From positions 4,640,001 to 4,704,000 of the forward strand of contig CAWDXG010000004.1 of assembly GCA_963806225.1 (NCBI GenBank): DNA of 64,000 nt, given 5' to 3'. The translations under genes were made by a program, and so were the position numbers. Of this stretch, positions 23,769 through 34,253 are shown in pieces. Source of the stretch: an uncultured delta proteobacterium. Lineage in GTDB: Bacteria; Myxococcota_A; Polyangia; Polyangiales; Polyangiaceae. Every line of letters starts with the position of its first letter. Positions within the stretch are counted from its first letter, which is position 1. The notes below the pieces were generated by a model. That model was not told where the DNA came from, ran no database searches, and worked only from the letters and a program-made list of their open reading frames with translations.

Positions 23769-25223
23769 TTACATCGACGCGAGGTATACGGTCAGCGAGT
23801 GCGGCTCGTAGGGCGCGACATCGGGATCGAACGGATGCGTGAGGTCGGCACCACCCATATTGGTCCCGATAATCAGGATGCCCGCAGCGCCCGTGAGATT
23901 GACGATCTCCTTCTCGGCGTGCGTGGCGCTCTCCTCGTACTTCACGTCGATGCGTGACAGTTCGCTGCCGTCGTGGCCGACGCGCACCAGCGTCCACTTG
24001 AATCCCACGGGGGGCTCCCAATCGGCGCGAAAGCCCAGCGAGCTCTGTGCGGGCACCTTGTCCAGGGTCAACCAGACGTAGACGGAACCGGTCGGCATCA
24101 CCGGATGCGCGGGCGCCACGCGTCGCGGCAGCGACGAATAGGGGAAGCTCCACGCGAAGCGCACGCGGCCGAAGCTGCCCGCCCACATCATCGACGGCAG
24201 GTGCGTGCCGTCGTCGCGGTCGCCGAGGAACGCGCGGTCCACGGCAAGGCGGCCCACCAGGTCGGCCATACGCCGCGCGCTGTCGCCGAGCGTGTGGCGC
24301 AGGATGTCGAACACGTCGGGTTCGTTGTCCCACTCCCACGCCCGCGGGTCCGTCTTCTGCGCGGCCGTCGCGACCAGCGCCGTCGGGAGGCGTGCCGGGC
24401 CGCCTACGCCCTCGGTCACGTCGAGGAATTCGTAGAAGAGCGCGGCGCCCTCGGCGAGCGGCGAAAAATCGCGCCCTGCGATGCCGCTCTGGGGATTGGC
24501 CTGCAGATCGTCGACCGCCTGCAGATCGAGGGACGTGGGATGCCCGGCGATCCACCACAGATCCGTCGCGTAGGCGCGGCGCTCGAACGGGGTCAGCCCG
24601 GCGTCGAGGCGCCAGGCGATGGCCTCGCCGACGCACTGGGTGGCGGCGCGGTCGAGCGGTGTCCGGGCTGCGCTGTCGAGCACGCAGAAGGCCGAGGCGC
24701 GGTCGAAGCGGCCGGGCAGCGGTAGATCGTGAGCGCTGCGGAAGCCGCCGTCACCGTCGGCGCGCAGGTACAGGTCGAGCGCGTCGCTGCCTCCCCGGCC
24801 CAGATCGGGCAGAGGCGCGGGCAGCCGCATCGCTCCGACCAGCCGCTCGTAGGCCTGGTTCATCGCTGCGAGCGCCGCGAGCGCCGTGTCGGGCGCCACT
24901 CCCGCGCCGCGGTGGATGCAGACGGGATTGCGGAACGAACAGGCCGGCGGCTCGGCGCCGTCGGTTGGGCGCTCCAGCCCGGGGGCGACCGGGGCACCCG
25001 TGGGGAACCAGGGATCGTGCGCTATGGGTGGCAGCGACGGCAGATCCGAGCCCCCGCCGTAGAGAAGCGGTCCCTCGAACAGCTTCTGGCGATGGCGCGA
25101 CTCCGCCCCCGCGCCGGCGCTGCACAGAACGCCTGCGACGAGCAGCAGCCAGAGCAGCTGGCGGCCGGGATGGGCTGGGCCGAGCCCTGGGCTTAGCCGG
25201 CGGCGTCGGAAACAGACGTGCAT
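23769..25223 (-). CDS. Exported hypothetical protein, possibly a degenerate MXAN_6640-like metalloprotease
   Basis: Signal peptide; LPAPLPDLGRGGSDALDLYL segment; no HExxH. Confidence 0.6.
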   Translation of the reverse strand: MHVCFRRRRLSPGLGPAHPGRQLLWLLLVAGVLCSAGAGAESRHRQKLFEGPLLYGGGSDLPSLPPIAHDPWFPTGAPVAPGLERPTDGAEPPACSFRNPVCIHRGAGVAPDTALAALAAMNQAYERLVGAMRLPAPLPDLGRGGSDALDLYLRADGDGGFRSAHDLPLPGRFDRASAFCVLDSAARTPLDRAATQCVGEAIAWRLDAGLTPFERRAYATDLWWIAGHPTSLDLQAVDDLQANPQSGIAGRDFSPLAEGAALFYEFLDVTEGVGGPARLPTALVATAAQKTDPRAWEWDNEPDVFDILRHTLGDSARRMADLVGRLAVDRAFLGDRDDGTHLPSMMWAGSFGRVRFAWSFPYSSLPRRVAPAHPVMPTGSVYVWLTLDKVPAQSSLGFRADWEPPVGFKWTLVRVGHDGSELSRIDVKYEESATHAEKEIVNLTGAAGILIIGTNMGGADLTHPFDPDVAPYEPHSLTVYLASM

Positions 25224-25301
25224 TTGACACTTTCGCGCGTCACGGCCCTATACTGTCATACCTTCCGGCCGGTTCCGGAACAGCGAGCGATTGCGAGCGC
25301 C

Positions 25302-25860
25302 ATGGCCCAGACCCGTTTCGACCCGTCCCAGGCGGTAAAGTTCGATCTCGGTCGCGGTGTCGTCCAGCTGGACGGCTCGGCGGATCGGCTGCTCGTGCCC
25401 GCCGATGCACTGCTCGCGCTCTGCAGCAGCGCCGGCGACGAGGCCACGCGCGATTTCGGCCGGAAGATCGGCACCGAGGTGGGGCGCCGCGCCGCGGGCC
25501 GGCTGGGAACCGCCGCGGAGGCCGGCCTGGAGGACGTGCTGGAACACCTCGGCGGAGATCTCGCGCTGGCGGGATTCGGCTCGCTGGGGATCGAGCGCTG
25601 GGGTCGGGCGCTGGTCATGACGGTGACGCGACTCGCCGCTAGGTGCGGCCGGCGACTCGCTGCTGGCCGCGGTGCTGGAGGGCGCGCTCCAGCGCGCACT
25701 GGGCCGGGACGTGAGCGTGGTGCCGCTTTCGCGAGACGGACAATGGGCGCGGCTGCTGGTGGTGGGCGACAAGGCCGCGACCAAGGTGCGCGGCTGGCTC
25801 GCCGAGGGCGTCGCCTGGGGCGATGCGCTGGCGCGGTTGCACTCGCGAGGTGACGCGTGA
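25302..25860 (+). CDS. Hypothetical protein, possibly V4R-like; frameshift near 25632
   Basis: ORFs 25218..25853 and 25672..25860 join into one protein (GRKIG...AGFGSLGIERWG...AVLEGAL); GTGA overlap with the next gene. Confidence 0.6.
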
Positions 25861-26808
25861 GCGTCGAGCAGCAGATCGAGAAGCTGCAGGGCCTGCTGGA
25901 GCGCGTGCAGAGGAATGCCACGCTCCCTCGTCCTGCGGCGCCGCCTCCGGCGATAGCCGCGGCGCCGCCGGAGCCGGCGGTCGAGGAACCTGTCCGAAGA
26001 AGAGGAGGTCGAGGACGTCGACCTGTTCGACGAGGACATCGTGGATCTCACGGCCGACGAGATCGGCGCAGAAGAGATCGGCGCAGAGGAGATTGCCGCT
26101 ACCGGGCCCGAGCTGGAGGAGGACATCTTCTTCGAGGACGAGGAGGAGATCGAACCGCCTGCCTCGTCGCGCCGTCCCAAGGTGGCGGCCAGCATGGACG
26201 AGGCGCTGGCGGGTGCCGCCGAGCTGGAAATGGACCAGGGGCGCGAGGTGCCGCTCAAGACGCCGCCGCCCGAGTCGGGCCGGCAGGTGGCTGGACCGCC
26301 GCCGCAGGGGCTGCACCAGCCCGCGCCGCCCGCCGATTTCGGTTCGGACGTGGACGACCTGCTCGAAGCCGATATCTCGTCGGGCACACAGCACGCCAAG
26401 CCCGCCGTTCCCACGCCCGAACAGCTCGGGCAGACCATCGACCTCGAGGAAGGCGCAGGCGTGCCGCTGGAGCTGGATGCTCCGGTGCAACCGCCCGAGC
26501 CGACCCGGGCCGAAGAGCTGGAAGCGCCGCTGCCGCCGCGCGAAGCGCACGGGAGCTACAGCGCCGGGCTTGCGCCGCCGCCCGAGGCGCGCGCAGAGCT
26601 CGAAGCGCGGCGTCGTCGCGAAGCCGAGCCGCCCGCCGCGCCGTCTGCTCCGCCGCCCGCACCGCCCGGCGAGGTGAAGCCCGAGATCGTGCAGCGCCCG
26701 GCCGTGGCAGCGAGCGGCCCAGCCGCACAGTTTCTGGCTGCCCACCGCGAGTTCAAGCCCGAGAGCTTCCTCGAGCTGCTCGACGCGTCGCTATCGCTTG
26801 GCGAATAG
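25857..26808 (+). CDS. Acidic Pro/Glu-rich hypothetical protein; frameshift near 25995
   Basis: N-terminal helix LQGLLERVQRNA joins frame 26041..26808, which ends SFLELLDASLSLGE. Confidence 0.65.
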
Positions 26809-26891
26809 CGTCGTTCTCCGGAGCGCGACAAGGCACCCAGGCGCGATCAGTGGATCGACGCCGAGCCCACAGCACACGGAAAGGAACAGAC

Positions 26892-27251
26892 GTGATTGTC
26901 GTTACGAACCGCATACCCGTCGCTGACGGCCACCAGATCGACTTCGAGGATCGCTTCAAGCGCCGCGTGCACCTGGTCGACCAGGCGCCGGGCTTCGTCC
27001 GCAACGAGGTGCACCGCCCGCGTCCGATGAAGTTTCATCAGGGAACATTCGTCGAGGACCAGGAAAAGCAGGGCTACTACGAGGTCAAGACATGGTGGCG
27101 CAGTATGGAGGACTTCGTCGCGTGGACGAAGAGTCCCGCCTTCGCCGAAGCCCACCGCGACCGCGCGCCGAAGGAGATGTTCGCCGGCCCCAACGTGCTG
27201 GAAGTGCACGAGGTGTTCCTCAGCACCGACCTCGACGTTGAGGGAACCTGA
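26892..27251 (+). CDS. ABM-domain monooxygenase, IsdG/HmoA heme-degrading-like
   Basis: IVVTNRIPV...FEDRF...APGF...WRSMEDFVAWTKSPAFAEAH contains the Asn/Trp/His triad of the IsdG family; AAGGA RBS. Confidence 0.85.
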   Translation: MIVVTNRIPVADGHQIDFEDRFKRRVHLVDQAPGFVRNEVHRPRPMKFHQGTFVEDQEKQGYYEVKTWWRSMEDFVAWTKSPAFAEAHRDRAPKEMFAGPNVLEVHEVFLSTDLDVEGT

Positions 27252-27256
27252 GCTCT

Positions 27257-27826
27257 CTAGTCCTTGCGCAGACCCGTGATCAATAGATCGAAGGCGGCGA
27301 ACACGAGCTCGTCGACGCCGATGGGTCTAGCGGGCCCCTCGTCCGGCGAGCTCGGTTGCATGAGCTGGTAGCTGTCGTCGGGATTCCGCGTGGCAAAAGC
27401 TCCCGGAACGCTGATCAAGCGGTGGCGCCTGCGCGTCAGGCTCGGCGGCGCGTCGTCGCCGCGCGGCGGCATGGGCAGGAAGTAGACGCTCGGTAGCTCG
27501 TCGACGATGCGGTACGAGTACACCTGCAGCTCCGAGCCTTCCGTCTGCAGCGTCATGAACGTCATCCACGGTCCCTCGGGGCCGCAGTCGATCGGCTCGC
27601 GCGCGGGATAGTGCACGGTGACGTTCCTGCCCGTCCGCTTCCCGAACTCGCGCGCCCGCTCCAACGCCGCGTCGCGGAAGCGGTCCATCACCTCCGTCGT
27701 GACGCGATCCGACCATTGTTCGAGCGAACGGCGCGACGCGGTCGCTTCGAGCTCGCGCGCGGCGCGCTCGCGCTCCGCCTGCTCGATGCGGGTGACTTCC
27801 TTGTAGAGGTCGTCCCAGCGACTCAT
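27257..27826 (-). CDS. Hypothetical protein
   Basis: 189-aa ORF with an N-terminal coiled coil; coding-like codon usage. Confidence 0.65.
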   Translation of the reverse strand: MSRWDDLYKEVTRIEQAERERAARELEATASRRSLEQWSDRVTTEVMDRFRDAALERAREFGKRTGRNVTVHYPAREPIDCGPEGPWMTFMTLQTEGSELQVYSYRIVDELPSVYFLPMPPRGDDAPPSLTRRRHRLISVPGAFATRNPDDSYQLMQPSSPDEGPARPIGVDELVFAAFDLLITGLRKD

Positions 27827-27880
27827 AGCTGCCGCATGCTAGCGCAAAGCGGGCGGCATGCGGCAGCGGTGCTGCAAAGG

Positions 27881-28975
27881 CTACTGCACCAGGTCGGACA
27901 TGCTGCGGGGATAGACCACGACGTACTTCGTCGCGGAACCGCCCTCCGTGAACGGCACGTACAATCCGAACACGCCGGTTACCGTCTGGAAATCGACGGT
28001 GGTCCCGCCGTCGGTGGGCAGCGAAGCGAACTTGTGCGAGGGCAGGAAATACGGGCTGATGCTGTGCAGCCCGGCCGTGCCCGCGTCGCCGATGCCGACG
28101 CCTGTGTCCCAGATGCCGAAAATCGCGGTTGGCGTGCCGGGTTTGCCGCTGACGTTGGCCAGTTGGATGAGCAGCGGACCGTGCGTGTCCTCGTAGGCAG
28201 AAACACCGAGGTCGGCGAGTGTGACCCCGGGGATCGGTGCAGGAGACCCGGTGCCGACCTTCTTCGCGCAGCCAGCAAGCAGGCTGTTCACCTGGATTAC
28301 GAGCTCGTTCTCGCCGCCCAGGTTGAAGCGCCAGGCATGCCCGAGCACGTCCACCTGGTCGCCCACGGCCAGGCCGACGAAATGCGTCGCTGCCGCGGCG
28401 GAGATGCGGACCTTGATGGCGTGTTGCGCGCCGGCGGCCCAGCTCGCGTAGGTCAGGTCCTGTTGCAGGAAGATCTGGCACGAGCTGCCGGCCTGGCAGC
28501 CGTTGCCGCTGATGGCGGTGATGTACACGCCCGACACCCACACCTCGGTGGGCGAGGACGGATTGTCGGTCCAGAGCTCGGGAATCGTCTTGGCAACTGC
28601 GCCGGCAGGCTGCGAGTCACAGGTGGGCCATCCCGCTTCGATGGGTGCGTCCGCAGCAGCATCACCGCCGCCCGCGCCCGCGCCGCCGTCGAGCCCGCCA
28701 GTGCCGGCTCCGCCGTCGGTGCCCGCGCTGCCGCCGGTGCCCGCCGAGCCGCCGGTGCCCGCCGTGCCGGCGCCGCCGCCGGTCGCTCCGTAGCCGCCCG
28801 TTGCGCCCGAGCCGCCGGTCGCTCCGTAGCCGCCCGTTGCGCCCGAGCCGCCGGTGCCCGCGCTGCCGCCGGTGCTGCTCGTCGTGGAATCGTTGCTCGA
28901 GCACGCGCCGAGCGAGCCTCCGAGCACGACGCAGCCCATCAAGCACACACTTGCCCACTTCATCCTACAAGTCAT
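27881..28975 (-). CDS. Lipoprotein with Gly/Thr-rich linker and probable OB-fold-like domains
   Basis: Lipobox LGAC; TGGSG repeats including a perfect 36-bp duplication at 28775-28846; VYITAI...IFLQ...LAVGDQVDVLG. Confidence 0.75.
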   Translation of the reverse strand: MTCRMKWASVCLMGCVVLGGSLGACSSNDSTTSSTGGSAGTGGSGATGGYGATGGSGATGGYGATGGGAGTAGTGGSAGTGGSAGTDGGAGTGGLDGGAGAGGGDAAADAPIEAGWPTCDSQPAGAVAKTIPELWTDNPSSPTEVWVSGVYITAISGNGCQAGSSCQIFLQQDLTYASWAAGAQHAIKVRISAAAATHFVGLAVGDQVDVLGHAWRFNLGGENELVIQVNSLLAGCAKKVGTGSPAPIPGVTLADLGVSAYEDTHGPLLIQLANVSGKPGTPTAIFGIWDTGVGIGDAGTAGLHSISPYFLPSHKFASLPTDGGTTVDFQTVTGVFGLYVPFTEGGSATKYVVVYPRSMSDLVQ

Positions 28976-29130
28976 GGCGGCAGCTCCTAGCGCGGATCCG
29001 GTCTGGGGTCCGGCGATTTCTTCACCTGACCGTGATTGTTCCAGTCACACGGCAAGGCTCGATAAAGGACACTCTGCCGGCATACCGCCGGACCCGCGCA
29101 GAAATGCCCTGCCTTCCGCATCCCGCGGCG

Positions 29131-30051
29131 TCAGCGGTCGCCCAACCGGAACGCCGTGGCCTCCCCGGGCTCCAGCCATTCCACGGGTTCCTCGCGGAGC
29201 CAGGTGCGCTGGCGTCGGGCGAACACGCGGGTCGCGCGCACGATGCTTTCCATCAGGGATGCCTCGGCGACGGGTTCGCCAGACTCGATCGCTTCGGCGA
29301 CCTGGCGGTAGCCCACAGAGCGCATGGCGCGGGCCTGTCCGAAGCCCTGGTCGAGCAGAGCGCGCACCTCGTCGACCCAGCCTGCGTCGAGCATGGCGCG
29401 GGCGCGCGCTTCGATGCGGCGGTCCAGCTCCTCGCGGGAGTGGCGCACGCCCAGCAGGCGAGCAGCGTGGCGCGGCTCGCGGAAGCCGTGCTCGGCCTGC
29501 CAGGCGCTCAGCGTCACTCCGGTCAGCTCGAACACCTCCAGCGCGCGGCTGACGCGCACGAAGTCGTTGGGCGCGAGCTTTTCGGCGAGTTTCGGGTCCA
29601 CGCGCGCGAGCTCGGAGTGCAGCCCGGCGCGCCCTTCGCGCTCGGCGTGCTCGCGGTGGCGCGCGCGGATCGCCTCGTCGGCCGGGGGTGCGTCGGCCAG
29701 CCCGAACAGCAGCGCGCGCACCCACAGGAACGTCCCACCGCACACGATGGGGCGGCGCTCCCGCGCGACGATGTCCGCGATGGCTTCGTCGGCGAGCGCC
29801 GCCCAGCGCGCGGCGTCCATGGGCTCGAGCGGATCGACGATGTCGATCAGGTGATGCGGCGCGCGCGCTCGCTCCTCCGCCGTCGGTTTGCCCGTGCCGA
29901 TCTCGAAGCGGCGGTAGACCTGCACACTGTCCGCGCTCACGACCTCGCCGCCGAGCCGTTCGGCAAGTCGCACCGCAAGCGCGGTCTTGCCGGACGCCGT
30001 CGGCCCGACCACGACGAGCAGCGGCTCGGCCGTCGGTGCGTCGCTCGCCAT
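29131..30051 (-). CDS. miaA: tRNA dimethylallyltransferase
   Basis: GPTASGKT, SADSVQVYR, IGTGKP, HHLID, CGGTFLW, SVGYRQ and FARRQRTW. Confidence 0.96.
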   Translation of the reverse strand: MASDAPTAEPLLVVVGPTASGKTALAVRLAERLGGEVVSADSVQVYRRFEIGTGKPTAEERARAPHHLIDIVDPLEPMDAARWAALADEAIADIVARERRPIVCGGTFLWVRALLFGLADAPPADEAIRARHREHAEREGRAGLHSELARVDPKLAEKLAPNDFVRVSRALEVFELTGVTLSAWQAEHGFREPRHAARLLGVRHSREELDRRIEARARAMLDAGWVDEVRALLDQGFGQARAMRSVGYRQVAEAIESGEPVAEASLMESIVRATRVFARRQRTWLREEPVEWLEPGEATAFRLGDR

Positions 30052-30056
30052 TGTGC

Positions 30057-31829
30057 TCAGCGCCGGCCCACGCGGCGTTCGAGCTCTGCCCAGCTCGTGA
30101 ACGTCACCACCGGGCGCCCGTGCGGGCAATGCCCGGCGAAGTCGGCCTGGTCGAGCGCGGCGAGCAGCGCGCTGGCCTCCTCGGCCGAGAGCGGATCGCC
30201 GGCGCGGATCGAGCCGTGGCAGGCCATCGTCGCCAGTGCCAGGTCCACCGCGTCGGAGAAGCCGCGCCCGCCGCTGCGTGACACTTCCGACAACAGGTCG
30301 CGCACCAGCCGTTCGGGGCTGGCCCGCTGCAGGAGTCGCGGCACGGCGTGCACGCTCAGTGTCTCCGGTCCGCGCACGCGCAGGTCGAGGCCCACGCCGG
30401 CTATCTCGTCCGCGCGCTCGCCCACCAGCTCGGCCTCTGCCGGCGTCACGTCCAGCGTGATCGGGAACAGCATGGCCTGCGACGGCACCGTCCGGCTTCT
30501 GTACTCGGAGCGCAGGCGGTGGAAGGTGACGCGCTCCGCGGCGGCGTGCTGGTCGAGCACGTAGATGCCGTCCTTGCCCTCGCACACGAGATAGGTCTGC
30601 CTCAGCTGTGCCACGAAGCGCAGGCTCGACCACTCGACCTCGGGACGCGGGCGGATGGGGGACGAATCGCGGACGGCGAGCAGCGGTTCGGTCCCGGCGG
30701 GTTCGGCCTCCCGGGGCTCTGCGGCCGGAGCGAGTCCCCAGGGATCGCGCGGCTCGCTCGCGGCGACCGCCGGAGGCACAGCGGCGGGCTTCTTTTGCAC
30801 GTTGGGTGCCGGGCGCCCCCAGGCGCCGCGTGACGGTGCCGGCAGCGAGAAAGCGCTGGCCAGCTCGCGCGACAGCACGCTGTACAGGGCGTCGCTCACT
30901 GCGCGTGGATCGGCGAAGCGCACCTCGGCCTTCTGCGGGTGGACGTTCACGTCGACCAGCTCGGGCGGCAGATCCAGATAGACGACGCCGCGCGGATAGC
31001 GCCCGCGCTCGAGCACGCTGCCGTAGGCCTGCGCGACCGTGACGAGCAGTGCGCGCTCGCGCACCGGGCGACCGTTGACCAGGAGCTTGAGCCCGCCCGA
31101 TCCGGTTCGCGCGCGCTCCGGTCTGGACAGGAACGCTTCGATGCGGAGCGGACCGCGTTCGCCGCGGCACGCCGACAGCACGTCGTCGGCGTGCGCCTGT
31201 CGCGCGCGCTCCTCGCGATCGGGAGCGCGCAGCCACTCGCGTACCTTGCGGCCGTCGCGTACGAGCGTGAAGCTGAGCTCGGGGCGCGAGAGCGCGGCCG
31301 ATTCGATGACGGCGCCGACGTGACCGGACTCGGTCCCGCTCGAGCGCAGGAACTTGCGGCGCGCGGGCACGTTGTAGAAAAGGTCGCGCACGCTGACCGT
31401 CGTGCCCACGGGGGCACCCACCGGCCTGGCCTGCGGCGGCCCGCCGCCCTCCACGCGGATCTCGAGCGCCGCGTCGCTGTCCTCTGCGCGCGTCTGCAGC
31501 GTGAAACGACTGACCGACGCGATGCTGGGCAGCGCCTCGCCGCGGAAGCCGAAGCTGTGCACGCGTCCGAGGTCCTCGAGCGTCGCGAGCTTGCTCGTCG
31601 CGTGCCGCTCGATGCACAGCTGCGCGTCCTCTTCGTTCATGCCTGCCCCGTCGTCGGTGACGGAGAGCAGCGTGACGCCCCCGCCGGCGATCTCGACATC
31701 GCAGCGCGTGGCGCCGGCATCGATAGCGTTCTCGACGAGCTCCTTGACCGCGCTCGCCGGGCGTTCCACCACCTCGCCGGCGGCGATCTGGCTGGCGAGC
31801 TCGGGCGGCAGGACGCGGACGTTCGGCAT
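30057..31829 (-). CDS. mutL: DNA mismatch repair protein MutL
   Basis: IAAGEVVERPASAVKELVENAIDAGA, GFRGEALPSI, DVNVHPQK, DQHAAAER, ACH and CPHGRP. Confidence 0.97.
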   Translation of the reverse strand: MPNVRVLPPELASQIAAGEVVERPASAVKELVENAIDAGATRCDVEIAGGGVTLLSVTDDGAGMNEEDAQLCIERHATSKLATLEDLGRVHSFGFRGEALPSIASVSRFTLQTRAEDSDAALEIRVEGGGPPQARPVGAPVGTTVSVRDLFYNVPARRKFLRSSGTESGHVGAVIESAALSRPELSFTLVRDGRKVREWLRAPDREERARQAHADDVLSACRGERGPLRIEAFLSRPERARTGSGGLKLLVNGRPVRERALLVTVAQAYGSVLERGRYPRGVVYLDLPPELVDVNVHPQKAEVRFADPRAVSDALYSVLSRELASAFSLPAPSRGAWGRPAPNVQKKPAAVPPAVAASEPRDPWGLAPAAEPREAEPAGTEPLLAVRDSSPIRPRPEVEWSSLRFVAQLRQTYLVCEGKDGIYVLDQHAAAERVTFHRLRSEYRSRTVPSQAMLFPITLDVTPAEAELVGERADEIAGVGLDLRVRGPETLSVHAVPRLLQRASPERLVRDLLSEVSRSGGRGFSDAVDLALATMACHGSIRAGDPLSAEEASALLAALDQADFAGHCPHGRPVVTFTSWAELERRVGRR

Positions 31830-31834
31830 GAGCG

Positions 31835-32416
31835 TCAACGCTCTTCAGGGTGCGGCTCCACAGGCGCCAGCACGCGCCGCGCGGATCGGCGGGTGAGCGC
31901 GAACGCGCACAGTGCCAGTGCGCCGACTTTCATCGCCAGGCCCAGCCGGAACGACCACCAGAGCTGGATGCGTTCGATGCGCTGGAAGTGCGCGAGCGTC
32001 ATGCCGTCCGGCGGCTTGGCGATGCCGCTCGCGACGACGGCGTTGACGATGCCGCCGCGCACCGGCAGCTGCAGCGCGTAGCCGACAATCATGAGCAGCG
32101 CGTTGGCTGCCACCACCTGCAGCGCAAACGACGTGGAGGCGTGCCGACCCACCAGCGCCTTGATGCTCACCAGCACCATCAAGCCGCCGAGCAGGATCTG
32201 TGCGATGCCGAGCGGCAGATTGACGTGCGGATGCTTGCTGATGGCCTCGATGAACGCGGAGACCACCACCTCGCTGCGGTCACCGCCGAGAACGGACGTG
32301 GCCGTCGACAGCGGGTTGTGCACCGCCCTCACCGCGACGTAGCCCTCCGCCGCGGCGTTCATGCCGATCAGCCACATCGCGACCAGCGCGATCACGAGGT
32401 AGACGGGGCGGCGCAT
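31835..32416 (-). CDS. Four-TM membrane protein
   Basis: Hydrophobic segments; abuts mutL. Confidence 0.7.
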   Translation of the reverse strand: MRRPVYLVIALVAMWLIGMNAAAEGYVAVRAVHNPLSTATSVLGGDRSEVVVSAFIEAISKHPHVNLPLGIAQILLGGLMVLVSIKALVGRHASTSFALQVVAANALLMIVGYALQLPVRGGIVNAVVASGIAKPPDGMTLAHFQRIERIQLWWSFRLGLAMKVGALALCAFALTRRSARRVLAPVEPHPEER

Positions 32417-32593
32417 CCTGCCCCCGCTCTGGAGACTTTCAGGCACTTTCGCTCTCTCTAGCATGCCATCCGCGCGCGCGCGGTTCACGGGGCATTTGGG
32501 CGCGTGCGAATCGTCAAGCAGGCAGTTCGACGAAGCGACAGCGCGCCCCCGGCAAAGGACTCCGGTGGGGATGGGCAGGCGGGGTGGAAGCCG

Positions 32594-33436
32594 CTAGAGC
32601 AGCTTTGCTCGACGCGCGGCCTCGGCGATCCCGCCGCCACTCCAGGCATCCGCCTCGAGCAGATCGGTGGCGGCGGCCTTCACGTTGTCGGGCGCCTGCG
32701 CCATCGCGAATGCGCGCCCTGCCGCCTGCATCATCGGAATGTCGTTCAGCCAATCCCCCACGGCCACCGTTTCGACGGGCGAGACGCCGTAATGCTCCGC
32801 AATCCACTCCAGCGCGGTGCCCTTCGTCACGCCGGCCGCGCGCACCACCATGCCCCAGACGCCGTCGAATCCGCCGCGGCGCACCTCGAAGCTGGTGGTC
32901 TGCAGGTGGTCGTGCGTGCGAGGCGAGGAGGCTCCGCTCGGCTCCGCGGATCTGTTCCTCGGTGCCGAGCGATACCAGCGCCGAGACGCAGGCTTCGTTC
33001 AGACCAGCGAGGCTCCTCGAATCACGTCGTCGAGCTGCTGGATGCGGTCGGACCAGGTGCGCACATAGCCGAGGAACGGCGCGCCCTGCTCGTCGTGGAA
33101 CACGACGTCTTCCGCGAAGACGAACGTGACCGGCCGGTACTCGCCAAGCACGCCGAGCAGTGCAGCGGCGGCGTCGGCGTGCAGTGTGCGCGACAAGAGC
33201 GCCCGATCGTTCCTGGCGTCGACGATGTGGCTGCCGTCGATGCAGCCCACGGGCCCCGTCAGGTCCAGGCTGCGCGCGATCTCGCGCGTGCCCGAGTACA
33301 TGCGCCCCGTGCAGATGGAGACGGCAATGCCCTGGTCGAGGAGAGCCGCAATGGCTTCGCGGTCGGCGTCGTGCACGCCACCGGTGCCGTCCAGCAACGT
33401 GCCGTCGAGGTCGGTGACCAGTAGCCGGTAGCTTCA
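32594..33436 (-). CDS. Cof-type HAD hydrolase; frameshift(s) at about 32880-33000 and start uncertain
   Basis: [22 protein letters not shown] and [12 protein letters not shown] motifs lie in different frames. Confidence 0.85.
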
Positions 33437-33444
33437 GCGTGCCC

Positions 33445-33713
33445 CTAGGAGTCCCGGAGTCTGCCGGATACACAGAGACGCGCTTCTTCGTGCGGCTCGC
33501 GTGCTCGTAGGCGACCGTGCCGTCGATCAGCGCGTAGAGCGTGAAGTCCTTGCCGCGGCCCACGTTGCGACCGGGGTCGATGGTCTGCCCGACCTGGCGC
33601 ACCAGGATGCCACCGGCGCGAACGGATTCGCCGCCGTAGACCTTGACGCCGCGGTACTGCGCGTTCGAACCGCGCCCGTTGCGGGTGGACCCGCCGCCTT
33701 TCTTGTGTGCCAT
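33445..33713 (-). CDS. rpmA: 50S ribosomal protein L27; stop is out of frame, probably an indel
   Basis: [15 protein letters not shown]...RGVKVYGGE...GILVRQ...[10 protein letters not shown]. Confidence 0.95.
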
Positions 33714-33724
33714 TCTTGCTCCGA

Positions 33725-34036
33725 CGGCCCGCGTGATGCCGGTGATCTTCACCGCAGTGAACGCCTGCCGATGCCCCGCCTTGCGGCGATGCTTCTTGCG
33801 GCGGATGAACTTGAAGACGACGAGCTTCTCGGCGCGGTCCTGGGCGAGGATCTCGCCGGCGACCTTGGCGCCGCTCACGGTCGGCTTGCCGACCTGGGCT
33901 TGTCCCCGCTGACCAGCAGAACGTCGCCGAACTCGACCTTGTCGCCCGGAGCGCCCGGCAGCTTCTCCACCCTGATGGTGTCGCCTTCGGAGACCCGGTA
34001 TTGCTTGCCGCCTGAGCGGATGACTGCAGCTTTCAT
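33725..34036 (-). CDS. rplU: 50S ribosomal protein L21; frameshift near 33900 and no in-frame stop
   Basis: [16 protein letters not shown]...VEKL; second frame [29 protein letters not shown]; directly upstream of rpmA. Confidence 0.95.
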
Positions 34037-34253
34037 GGGAAAGGGGAGCGGAAGCTAGTCCCAGGGGCCTCGTATCGCAAGGGAGATTCCGATCATTTCC
34101 GCCTGAACGGGTGTTCAGCGCCTGGCGCGCTTGGCGCGGTGTGGCATAATCGGCCGGCCGGTTCGTTTCTGTCTCGATGCGGAATCGGCTCGCGCACTAG
34201 GATCGCGCGGATTTGCGGCCTGAAGCCGGGCACATGCCCCGGAGGAGCACAGG

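Noticed and set aside
28775..28846. Perfect 36-bp duplication
   Set aside because: In-frame expansion of a Gly-rich linker, common in myxobacterial lipoproteins
29131..31829. mutL-miaA adjacency
   Set aside because: Widely conserved arrangement, not novel
33445..34036. Apparent in-frame L21-L27 fusion, and L27 read-through into the HAD gene (454-aa ORF)
   Set aside because: rpmA has its own GGAG RBS and canonical MAHKK start, and the region has several other indels, so lost stops from sequence error are more likely
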